Of a stretch of DNA of 64,000 nt, positions 36,925 to 48,600 are shown piece after piece (position 1 is the stretch's first letter; every line of letters starts with the position of its first letter). The stretch covers positions 1 to 64,000 of the forward strand of contig JAXLNO010000642.1 in assembly GCA_038087875.1 (NCBI GenBank), in the 5' to 3' direction. A program made the position numbers and the translations under genes. A model generated the notes under the pieces. It did no database searches and was not told where the DNA came from. It was given only the letters and a program-made list of their open reading frames with translations. This DNA is from Malacoraja senta (lineage: Eukaryota).

Positions 36925-38985
36925 GCACTGGGACAGGGGGCACTGGGACAGTGGCGGTGGGGGCACTGGGACAGGGGGCACTGGGACAGTGGCGGTGGGG
37001 GCACTGGGACAGGGGGCACTGGGACAGTGGCGGTGGGGGCACTGGGACAGTGGCGGTGGGGGCACTGGGACAGGGGGCACTGGGACAGTGGCGGTGGGGG
37101 CACTGGGACAGGGGGCACTGGGACAGTGGCGGTGGGGGCACTGGGACAGGGGGCACTGGGACAGTGGCGGTGGGGGCACTGGGACAGGGGGCACTGGGAC
37201 AGTGGCGGTGGGGGCACTGGGACAGTGGCGGTGGGGGCACTGGGACAGGGGGCACTGGGACAGTGGCGGTGGGGGCACTGGGACAGGGGGCACTGGGACA
37301 GTGGCGGTGGGGGCACTGGGACAGGGGGCACTGGGACAGTGGCGGTGGGGGCACTGGGACAGTGGCGGTGGGGGCACTGGGACAGGGGGCACTGGGACAG
37401 TGGCGGTGGGGGCACTGGGACAGTGGCGGTGGGGGCACAGGGACAGTGGCGGTGGCGGCATTGGGACAGGGGGCACTGGGACAGTGGCGGTGGCGGCATT
37501 GGGACAGTGGCGGTGGGGGCACTGGGACAGTGGCGGTGGGGGCACAGGGACAGTGGCGGTGGCGGCACTGGGACAGTGGCGGTGGGGGCACTGGGACAGT
37601 GGCGGTGGGGGCACTGGGACAGGGGGCACTGGGACAGTGGCAGTGGGGGCACTGGGACAGTGGCGGTGGGGGCACTGAGACAGTGGCGGTGGGGGCACTG
37701 GGACAGTGGCGGTGGTGGCATTGGGACAGGAGGCACTGGGACAGTGGCGGTGGGGGCACTGGGACGGGGCACTGGGACAGTGGCGGTGGGGGCACTGGGA
37801 GAGGGGGCACTGGGACAGTGGCGGTGGGGGCAGTGGGACAGGGGGCACTGGGACAGTGGCGGTGGCGGCATTGGGACAGGAGGCACTGGGACAGTGGCGG
37901 TGGGGGCACTGGGACGGGGCACTGGGACAGTGGCGGTGGGGGCACTGGGACAGTGGCAGTGGCGGCACTGGGACAGGAGGCACTGGGACAGGTAAATGGT
38001 AGCAAATTGAGGAATGCAGTTGAACAGAGGGATCTAGGAATAACTGTGCATAGTTCCCTGAAGGTGGAATCTCATGTAGATAGGGTGGTAAAGAAAGCTT
38101 TTGGTGTGCTGGCCTTTATAAATCAGAGCATTGAGTATAGAAGTTGGGATGTAATGTTAAAATTGTACAATGCATTGGTGAGGCCAATTCTGGAGTATGG
38201 AGTACAATTTTGGTCGCGTAATTATAGGAAAGATGTCAACAAAATAGAGAGAGTACAGAGGAGATTTACGAGAATCTTGCCTGGGTTTTAGCACCTAAGT
38301 TACAGAGCAAGGTTGAACAAGTTAGGTCTTTATTCTTTGGAGTGCAGTAGGTTAAGGGGGGACTTGATAGAGGTCTTTAAAATGATGAGAGGGATAGACA
38401 GAGTTGACGTGGATAAGCTTTTCCCATTGAGAGTAGGGAAGATTCAAACAAGAGGACATGATTTGAGAATTAAGGGACAGATGTTTAGGGGTAACATTAA
38501 GGGGAACTTCTTTACTCAGAGAGTGGTAGCTGCGTGGAATGAGCTTCCAGTGGAAGTGGTGGAGGCAGGTTCGATTTTATCATTTAAAACTAAATTGGAT
38601 AGGTATATGGACGGGAAAGGAATGGAGGGTTATGGTCTGAGTGCAGGTGGATGGGAGTAGGTGAGAGTAAGTGTTCGGCATGGACTTGAAGGGCCGAGAT
38701 GGCCTGTTTCCATGCTGTAATTGTTATATGGTTATATGGTGGCGGTGGGGGCACTGGGACAGGGGGCACTGGGACAGTGGAGGTGGGGGCACTGGGGACA
38801 GGGGGCACTGGGACAGGGGGCACTGAGACAGTGGCGGTGGAGCACTGGGACAGTGGCGGTGGGGGCACTGGGACAGGCGGCACTGGGACAGTGGCGGTGG
38901 GGGCACTGGGACGGGGCACTGGGACAGTGGCGGCGGGGGCACTGGGACAGTGGCGGTGGGGGCACTGGGACAGGGGGCACTGAGA
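36925..38985. repeat. G-rich minisatellite (ggcactgggacagtggcggtggg / ggcactgggacaggg) split by a CR1 insertion
   Basis: Arrays at about 36925-37990 and 38738-38985, built from 23-bp and 15-bp units. Confidence 0.96.
37991..38737 (+). mobile_element. 5'-truncated CR1 LINE inserted in the minisatellite
   Basis: EQRDLGITVHSSLKV...LVRPILEYGVQFWS; ORF 38313-38660; ends in the tail gttatatggttatatgg. Confidence 0.92.
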
Positions 38986-39849
38986 GCGGCGGCTGGGGAC
39001 TGGAGAGATGATTGAACCGAGTGCCAGCAGTGACTTGGTGGACTGAATTGCATTTTTCTATAGTGAGGAAATATGAAATTTCTCTTAATTTACTGTGCCT
39101 CCAAGTTTTATGTCATCTGCAGAAATGGAAACTGTATCCTATACACCCAGGTCTAAATGATTACTCTATTTTAGAAGATGCAGTGGTCCCAGAACCAATA
39201 TCTCTGGAAATCTTTGTATAAAAAAGAGCTGCAGGTGGAATTTAGTATGTCAGACAGTGTGTGTGGAGAGAAATTGATGGTCGATCTTTTGGATCGAGAC
39301 CTTTCATCTTGAAATTCATCATCTGAAACAATAACTGTGGATTTCCCTCCACAGATGTCACCTGACCCGTTGAGATCCTCCAGCAGCTACTCTCCTTTTT
39401 TTCTGTTACTGTTTCCAGCATCAGCACTCTTGCGTCTACAGATCTTTTGTGCACTTCCCTCCAGTTTGAGAATGAGCTTTCACCTCTGTTTCATGTCACT
39501 TCATCAAGTTTCTGTCTATTCTGTTACAGCTCTTTATATTCCATGACCTTCAATTTTAATGACATTTCTGTGACTTCACACCTTATCAAATGTCCTTTTA
39601 AAGTCCATAAGCACCACAACAATTTCCTTTATTTCATTGATATTCTCTCGTGTTATTCCAACGTGGTTAACCTTGAGCAAAACCTTGCTGGCTTTCTTGA
39701 TAAAGAAAATACTGATTCTAGTCCCGAATGCCTCATCAATGAAATTAAACTACCAGATTTGTTGTACTGAGTTCTTGAACAATGGGGTCAAATTATCCTT
39801 TTTTTTTTGTTTCGTTTGAGTTTCGTTTATAGTGGGTTTTTTAAACTGG

Positions 39850-40595
39850 GTATGTGTGGGGGGGTGGTGGGTAGGGTGGGGTGGGGGAAACGTTTAAAAT
39901 CTTTTCCCTGCACGGGAGACCCAACCTTTCTCTGTCGGGTCTCCGTTGTCGTTGGGGCCTAGCACTGTGGAGCGGCCTCCAGCCGGAACGACCTGGGGGC
40001 TCCAGTCGCGGAGCCTGCGGACTACTCACCATCGTGAAGCTGGCCGAGTTCGGAGCGTGGAGAGCTGTGGTGGCGCGCGGCTGCGACCCGACCCCGGAGA
40101 TTCGGAGGCTCCAGCCGCCGGCCCGGTGGACGGTAACATCGGGAGCTCGCGGGTCCCTGGTGGGAGACCGCTTTTCGGAGCTCCCGCAACGGCAGCTACT
40201 CCCGCCCGAGTTGCGGGGTTGAAGATGACCTGGAGCGGGGTCTTACATCGCCCGGCGCGGCTTTAAATGGCCGCTGGACTTGCTAGCGCCCGCCAGGGCT
40301 CCAACATCAAGACCTGGAGCGCGGCCTTGCATCGCCCGGCGCGGCTTTAATGGCCGCGGGACATATTTACCATCGCCCGCCGGGGGCTTTGACTTTGACA
40401 TCGGGAGGAGAATGTGGAGTGCAGGGCAGAGATAAGACTTTGCCTTCCATCACAGTGAGGAGGAGATTCACTGTGATGGATGTTTGTGTAAATTGTGTTG
40501 TGTCTTGGTTCTTTTTACTTGTTTGTATGACTGCAGAAACCAAATTTCATTTGAACTTCATTTGAGGTTCAAATGACAATAAACGGTATTGTATT
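39850..40595 (+). mobile_element. GC-rich interspersed repeat with LINE-like 3' stem-loop tail (family unassigned)
   Basis: Hairpin tccatcacagtga..tcactgtgatgga near 40446-40480 and the terminus aatgacaataaa. A related tail is seen on the other strand near 49700-49900. Confidence 0.5.
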
Positions 40596-40942
40596 TTCCA
40601 GGCTGCAAATACCCACCAATTAAACTGTAGATATTTGGAAGATTCCAACATGGCCTCAGCTATGTCCTTCCTTATTTTCTCAGGGTCTTAGGATGCATCC
40701 ATTTAGACCATGTGCAGTATTTTAGTAAACGGTCTTTATCAAATGCCTGTTAGAGGTTTGAAATAACTCGTCAAGGAACTCCACAGATAAATTGTCTTTG
40801 AAACTTGCTCCTCGTTTCTGGAATTTTCCATCCATATCTGGACCAATAATGATCTGGGCTAATGAGTACAGAGTAATGAGAATAAATAAATTAAAAATAA
40901 TTGCTGTGCTAATGAATGCTGTCATTATGCAATGTTATTTAT

Positions 40943-41857
40943 AGGGGAGTTGCACGTAAGGTCATCGGGTCAAAGGGCGTGACGCAAGGAGCAGCTCAAT
41001 CCATGTGGAGGACATGGCAGCCTCGGTATACACTGTTAACACACGGAACGTGTACTTTCTTTCCTGTTAAAAACCGCCGAAATGATCATTTTTTGCACTG
41101 TAAATAATTGTGGGTGCTGTCATTGAAAGCGGGAAGGTATCATGTTTAAACTGGTGTTATCTCATGGTATAGCGTCTTTTACAATCCGTGACCAATAGCC
41201 ACATTCATTGTCGTGTCCAGAGAGACAGCACCATCTCAATAAGCCTTCGCTAAATAAAGCAAACTCAAAGTCAGAGCAATTTGATTGCAATATTGTGGGA
41301 TTATTTTTTGGGTGACTGAGCGCTCAGAACCAAATGCTCTAATATCTTTGCTCTGAGCACCAAGCACCAAGGTGTAAGCGGCCAAAGGAGCACATCCCTC
41401 GGGACAGCCCACTGGGGTCAGCGCTGTCCGGCCACGGCCGCCCTCTGCCCTGTCTCCCCCTGTGGGCTGCACTGTCAGGGGCTGTGGTTCGGCAGCGCCC
41501 ACACATGGGGCCGGGTGGGGTGAGGCGTGGCTGCCGCTCTGGGCAATGTCAGCTGCAGCAAAGTTGGGGATTGTCTTCTCCCTCTGCCCACCCAGAGTCA
41601 CTGACCAAGCTGCACCGAGACCCCAACCTCCTCGTCCCCCCCCCAACCTCCCCCCGACCCCCTCCTCCCCCTCCGAGGATAGACGGCCCGGGGTCCGCAA
41701 GTATGCAACAAGTCCGGATGCTGGGCCAGAAGAAGGGCCCGCTGTGCTGGCAGTCAGACTAAATGCTTACCTGCAGTTCATCGCGTGTACTCCAGTTGGC
41801 GTTTCGTGGCAACAGTACGGGTCGCGGGTCGTGACCTCGACTGCGTGCAACCTCCCT
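40943..41857. mobile_element. Probable non-autonomous TIR DNA transposon (ISL2EU/Harbinger-like)
   Basis: Imperfect inverted ends AGGGGAGTTGCACG and CGTGCAACCTCCCT, each flanked by AT; CpG-rich interior. Confidence 0.55.
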
Positions 41858-42279
41858 ATAATACAGATAAGGGACAAGGTAATGTTTGAAGTTGCAAAGA
41901 TCAGAACAATTCCTGAATTTATGTTTTTCTTCCAGAACGAAACGCCACGATCCTCCTCGGTTTCTCCCTCGCGTTTGGTCCCCAAACCTTTACATTGTCA
42001 GAGACCGGGGAAACGATAGAGCACTAGACTAGGGGCAGACCCAAGCAAAACCCGGTCGCTCAATATATTATGCTTACTATATAAACAGAAAATGCTGGAA
42101 ATACTTAGCAGGTCAAACAGCAATTGTGGGAAAAGAAACAGGTCGAAGCTGAAACGTTTCGTCGATTTGTACTCTTGCGGCCTGACCTGTTGAACATTCC
42201 CAGCATTTTCTCTTATTTTATATTTGAAACGTCTCCAGCTTTATTTATTTTCATTACTATATTTAATATAATTCTTACG

Positions 42280-42566
42280 TTAAGTAAAGAGGCGGAGCTA
42301 AAACCAACTCACAGACCTTTGGTAAGGAGACACAGAATAGGCAAGGCAAGGACAGAATGGCCTTTACTTTCTTCTGCTGCCTTGCTTGGCCCCGCCTGTA
42401 CCCGGTGATGTCAGGACGCCGAGCGGTGATAGAAAGGCGAGCAATGATCTTTGGCTCTGATAGTCTGTGGATTTGTTTTTAAAAAGAGGCGATTGAAGTT
42501 GGGCTGTTTGAAAGCTGCGGCTAATCCCCTTGCCTTGCGGCGCGGCCGGTTGCTGGGGTCGCCCTC
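42280..42566 (+). promoter_or_regulatory. CpG-rich promoter / 5' UTR of the gkup-like gene
   Basis: CpG enrichment and GC-box-like AGGCGGAG (about 42290) and CCCCGCC (about 42390) upstream of the ATG at 42567. Confidence 0.5.
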
Positions 42567-42623
42567 ATGATCTGCGTGCTTCTGGTTGCTGGACACGGAA
42601 CCTTGCTGGAGAGCGAGATCAAG
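42567..42623 (+). CDS. gkup: gkup coding exon 1 ([19 protein letters not shown])
   Basis: ATG at 42567, AGxGT nucleotide-binding loop, donor AAG|gtgaat, phase 0. Confidence 0.88.
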
Positions 42624-45600
42624 GTGAATAACTCGCTGCTGAGCATTGCTAACTCACTGAATGGAGTTCACTGAAGGGATCACCTCACGGCTTCCGGAAC
42701 AACCCCTCTGTTTGTGCGGATCTGTTTGAATCGGACGGTTGTAGGCAAAGCTAGCATCTTTGGTTGTCGGGGTTGTTTAGCAGATCCAGCATTCCCTAGA
42801 GTAGACACGAGGATTTACTGCTGTCCTCCCGCACCACGCTTCCTCGGCCTTTGTGCCGCACGCTTGCTGCCTCCCTTCTGTGGATGGGGAACTTGCCACG
42901 TATAGGCTTCACTCGTGGAAGGGCTCCACACTTGAGGATTCTGGAATACTGTTTTATTCTTGCAAAATAAGTGCACCACGTTGCTACAAGCTGTAACATG
43001 TTTGTAACCGATTTCGTGAGTAGGTCAGGTCCAAAGTCAAAGGGGTGGGATCACCACCTGGAAGTTTGTCAAGAGAATCGTTGGCAACGCTAAACCTCAA
43101 ATAAAACCAGGAAATGACGACAATGTAATCCCTTCCCCCTAGACACACCAATCCCGTGCTGGGTGACGATTCAATGGCACCCAGTTTACACTCCAGAGTA
43201 GCTCATTATATCTTTGGTGAAAAGGCAGTTTTGCATTTGCACAGTGGAGGCACCAGAGACTGCAGATGCTGGAATTTTGAGCAAAGCACAAAGTGCTAGA
43301 TAGTGGCTCAGGCAGCACCTGTGGAGTGAATGGCTGGCAGATACATAGATACATAGATACATAGAAAATAGGTGCAGGAGTAGGCCATTCGGCCCTTCGA
43401 GCCTGCACCGCCATTCAATATGATCATGGCTGATCATCCAACTCAGTATCCCGTACCTGCCTTCTCTCCATACCCCCTGATCCCTTTAGCCACAAGGGCC
43501 ACATCTAACTCCCTCTTAAATATAGCCAATCAACTGGCCTCAACTACCCTCTGTGGCAGAGAGTTCCAGAGATTCACCACTCACTGTGTGAAAAAGTTTT
43601 TTCTCATCTCGGTCTTAAAGGATTTCCCCCTTATCCTTAAGCTGTGACCCCTTGTCCTGGACTTCCCCAACATCGGGAACAATCTTCCTGCATCTAGCCT
43701 GTCCAACCCCATAAGAATTTTGTACGTTTCTATAAGATCCCCTCTCAATCTCGTAAATTCTAGCGAGTATAAGCCAAGTCTATCCAGATGCTGCCTGATC
43801 AGCTGAGTTCCCCCAGCACGTTGTGTTTTGCTAGCAGCTTATCAAGTGTTTGGTCGAAAGGGAATTTTGCATTTCCATTTTGCATTTGCACCTTACAAGA
43901 GCTCAAGATTACTTTGCAGCCAAGTAATATGATTGAAGTGCTGATAATGTTGCAGGTTAGGATGGACCCGTGCAAATTCCAGTGTCTTTTCCTTGTTTGT
44001 TATTGGTGTGCAACATCTTTATAGGTTCTGCTCAAGTTAGTGGGCAAAATACACAGCGCTGGGTGGCAGTGTGAGCTGTGAGGAGGATGTTATGAGGCTG
44101 CAGGATGACTTGGATAGGTTGGGTGAGTGGGCAGATGCAGTATAATGTGGATATATGTGAGGTTATCCACTTTGGTGGCAAGAACAAGAAGGCAGATTAC
44201 TATCTGAATGGTTAAGAAAGAACTGGGGATATGGGGAGAAGGCAGGCACGGATTATTGATTGGGGACGATCAGCCATGATCACAATGAATGCCGGTGCTG
44301 GCTCGAAGGGCCGAATGGCGTCCACCTGCACCTATTTTCTATGTTTCTATATAACTGCTGGAAAAATCGAAGGTAGACAAAAATGCTGGAGAAACTCAGC
44401 GGGTCCCAGTGAGGCAGCATCTATGGAGCGAAGGAATAGGTGACATTTCGGGTCGAGATCCTTCTTCAGATTGATGTGGGGGTGGGGGGCGGGAAGAAGA
44501 AAGGAAGAGGTGGAGACAGTAGGCTGGGGGAGAGCTGGGAAGGGGAGGGGAAAGAGGGAGAAAGCAAGGACTACCCGAAATTGGAGAAATCAATGTTCAT
44601 ACCGCTGGGGTATAAACTACCCAAGCAAAATATGAGGTGCTGCTCATCCAATTTGCGGTGGGACTCACTCTGGCCATGGAGGAGGCCCAGGACAGAAAGG
44701 TCAGATTCAGAATGGGAGGGGGAGTTGAAGTGCTGAGCCACCGGGAGATCTGTGTTGGTTAATGTGAACTGAGCGGAGGTGTTGGGCGAAGCGTTGGGCG
44801 AAGCGTTCACCAAGCCTGCGCTTCGTCTCACCGATGTAGAGTTGACACCTAGAACAGCGGATGCAATAGATGAGGTTGGAGGAGGTGCAGGTGAACCTCT
44901 GCCTTACTGTGAGAAATTTTTTAAAAATTAGAAAATATAAGGCATAGCAATGCTGTAGGTAGAGATGGTGGAAATATCTTGTTGGCTTTGTACGCATGGG
45001 CAAAAAACGTTGAAAATTGTCATGGTCTAGAATCTGTCAAAGTAATGTGATTCAATGTCTTAGTCATTCCTTATTCTAATGTAAGGTTGTAACTGTGGCA
45101 TACTGTCAGGAATTGTATCACATTGTCACACACTGGTTCTAGGGTTAAAGTGGTAAGTGAGAGTTTTAGTTAAGCTCTTAGGATGAGTAAGTTAATAAAA
45201 CTGTATGTACTTTTGGTCTCGTCCCCGAAGTCGCTATATATGGAAATGTCACATCCAATATACCATACCATTCAAACCTCAAAATCAATTTTGTAACCTC
45301 TCAAATTTAACAGCACTTGCATCACATTTAATTGTTCTGTTAGCGTCTCATATTAAAAGCCTATACTTCATCATTAAAGCACTAGAATTAAATACAATAT
45401 GTCATTCCTTTTGAAAGAACATCAACATTTAACTGCCAAAATCTTTTAAGACCTATTGCATTTTGTGAGATGATTGGTGTAAGTTAACCAACCTTCCATA
45501 TGCCCAAGAAATTACTATCATATGCACAAGAAATTACCATGTGTTTTCTGATCCTGAAACATCAGAAAATTGGAAACAGAGCCAATTTATGGCTACATTT

Positions 45601-48600
45601 AATATGTTGCAAATAACCTTGAAAAGTAACAATTTGTTCTGATCTTGAGGCCACTAAGATTGGTAGCAATGAAACCTAACCTGCTAGAAATAAAAATTAG
45701 GAAGAGTACCAAATGTTTTAAGTCTGTAAAGAGAAGATAGAATTTGGCTTGGACAATAAATCTAAAGTCGTGAATATGCGAGTAAAGACTGAATGTTGGA
45801 ATGGAACGAGAGAATGCTGTAATAGGATAAGTGGGACAGATATTGATCAAGAAAGATCCTGTGGACATTTTGCAGATTTATAAACTCTCACTATGTGGTT
45901 TACCTGGAATAAAAATACAATTTGGGGACAGAGTAGGCCTCGGAACCGACGAGACACATATGTACAGATGGTTTGATCCCCAAAAAGAAGGAAGTGTTCA
46001 AAATCTTTGGGGAAATGGGGTTGGGGATGGGAACTTCCATTTCCAGTGTGGATTTCATGCTCTCAGGACATTCCACCTTGTTCCACCTTATCTATAGTCC
46101 TAAAGTAATGTAGAAGATGCAACAACAGTTTTAAATCCGGCAATTAAGCAGGTTCTGGATCACAAATCACTCCGCATTCTCTACTGTTCACTAATCTTAC
46201 CATATTTAAATTACTGTGCAGAAGTCTGGGGCAATAACTATAAAAGTTTGCTACATTCATTAACTATTCTGCAAAAAAGAGCAATACGTATTATTCACAA
46301 GGTCAGGTATCTGGGTCACACTAATCCATTATTCTTACAGTCAAAATTATTAAAATTAGAAGATTTGGTTGCATTTAAAACAGATAATGTTTAGGGCCAA
46401 AAATAAAAACTTACCTGGAAATATACAACAATTATTTAATGTGCGAGTGGGGGGTTATAATTTAAGAAGAATATTTAATTTTAAGGTACAAAGAGTCCGC
46501 ACGACCAGAAAACCTTTTTGTATTTCGGTCTGTGGAGTAGGATTGTGGAACAGTTTGAATGTGGAATTAAAGCAATGTCCAAACATGAACCAGTTCAAAA
46601 TGACATACAAAAAACGTTTTTTCACAAGGTACAGGGATGAAGGGGATGGTTGACAAACAGTGGTTAATGTTTATTTATTATTTTATTTATTATTTAGTTA
46701 TGTCTTTTGGTTACTTCATACATATTACTTGTATGTGTATATCAGTTGTATGTATATATATGTCTGTATGTATCTCTAAAAATTGTCTGGGGTATTATTA
46801 TTATTAATTAATTAATTATTAGATATAGAAGAAGGGTTTAGGGAGAAGGGGTGAGATTAAATAAGTTATTCTTCTTCTCACTCCTTTTCGAGCTTGTAAA
46901 GAAAAAGTGTTGGACATTTAAATTTTGCATTATGCTTTTCATTGCTTTGCAAATATTGCCTGGAATGTCCAATATTTGACTATTTCTATTTTGTTGTTGT
47001 TATTTATTCCTATTTATGTCTTTACTTGTTCGGAACAAATAAATAAACAAACAAATAAATAAATAAATAAATAGATCCAGCAAAGATAGAAACAAAATGC
47101 TGGAGTAACTCAGAAGGTCAGGCAGCAACTCTGGATAAAAAGTGAAGTTTCGGGTCGATACCATCCAGCAAACTCCCACAAATAACAATGTGATAATGAC
47201 TGGGATAATATGATCCCGTCACTGTTAATAGTTGAGTGATAAATATTGGCAAGGAAGTTAATTAAATAGAATAATCACCGTGCTCTGCAACCAACACCTT
47301 TAAAACAGATTAATCTTTGCTATTTGTAGGTGTTTGCTGTGTGTGTTATCTGTTGGATTTCCTGACATTTCAAAATGTACTTGGTTAGCTCTAAAGTCCT
47401 TCAACTATGAAAGATGTTGCATAAAATGAAGATTTTCATGAAATATGAAATTCTCATTTCCTGCATAACTTTTTTGGCAGTCACAGGTCCAAGGGATCAA
47501 GGGTGGCTTACTTCTACTCTCGTTTTGAGATGGCTATTGTTGGCCTACCTAAAAGGAAGCACACCAGGGAATGAGACCAGTGGTGCAGCTTGTGGAGTCA
47601 TTGCCTCAATGACGCAGTACCTTGGACGCTGTCTATGTGGAGTGTGCACATTCTGCTGTGATTGCATGGGTTTTCCTGGGTGCTTTGTTTGCCTCCCAAG
47701 TCTCAAAGACAAGAGTCAAGAATGTTTAATTGTTATACGTACTTAAACGTAGTAATGACATTCTTACTTGCAGCAGCAGAACGGGTTAGTAAACACAGTA
47801 CTCAATAGATAATATATTAAACAGAAAAATAAGTTGAATACAGTGCCCTCCATAATGTTTGGGACAAAGAACCATCATTTATTTATTTGCCTCTGTACTC
47901 CACAATTTGAGATAATAATAATAATAATAATAATGGATGGGATTTATATAGCGCCTTTCTAATACTCAAGGCGCTTTACATCGCATTATTCATTCACTCC
48001 TCAGTCACACTCGGTGGTGGTGAGCTACTTCTGTAGCCACAGCTGCCCTGGGGCAGACTGACGGAAGCGTGGCTGCTAATCTGCGCCTACGGCCCCTCCG
48101 ACCACCTCCGACCACCACCAATCACTCACACACATTCACACGCAGGCAAAGGTGGGTGAAGTGTCTTGCCCAAGGACACAACGACAGTATGCACTCCAAG
48201 CGGGATTTGAACTGGCTACCTTCCGGTTGCCAGCCGAACACTTAGCCCATTGCGCCATCTGTCGTCCTAAGGGCCTGGCCCATTTGGCCGTCATTTGACT
48301 TAAGGGCCTGGCCCATTTGGCCGTCATTTGCGCGTCACGCACATGGCGCGCAAAGATTTTGTACATCACAAAATCTTGTGATGCCGCGCGTCACTACCTA
48401 TGTCATCACGCACCATGCGCGCATCACGTGCGTGTCACGACGCGCGCGTCGTGATGCATAAATTACGCACAAATGACGGCCAAGTGGGACAGGCCCTCAA
48501 GGATGTTTGGGCAATTTTGTCTCTGGAGTGTCATTGCTGTAGAATTCAATTACTTCTCATTAGTTCAAAGTTTAGCTCCACTCCCATGGGTAGTTTGTTG

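Noticed and set aside
36239..39053. Many long Gly/Trp- or Pro/Cys-rich ORFs
   Set aside because: They are produced by minisatellites lacking stop codons, partly reading into a CR1 fragment.
41236..42019. 154-185 aa GC-rich ORFs upstream of gkup
   Set aside because: They lie mostly within a TIR-bounded element, have low-complexity composition, and show no domain. The gkup start is at 42567.
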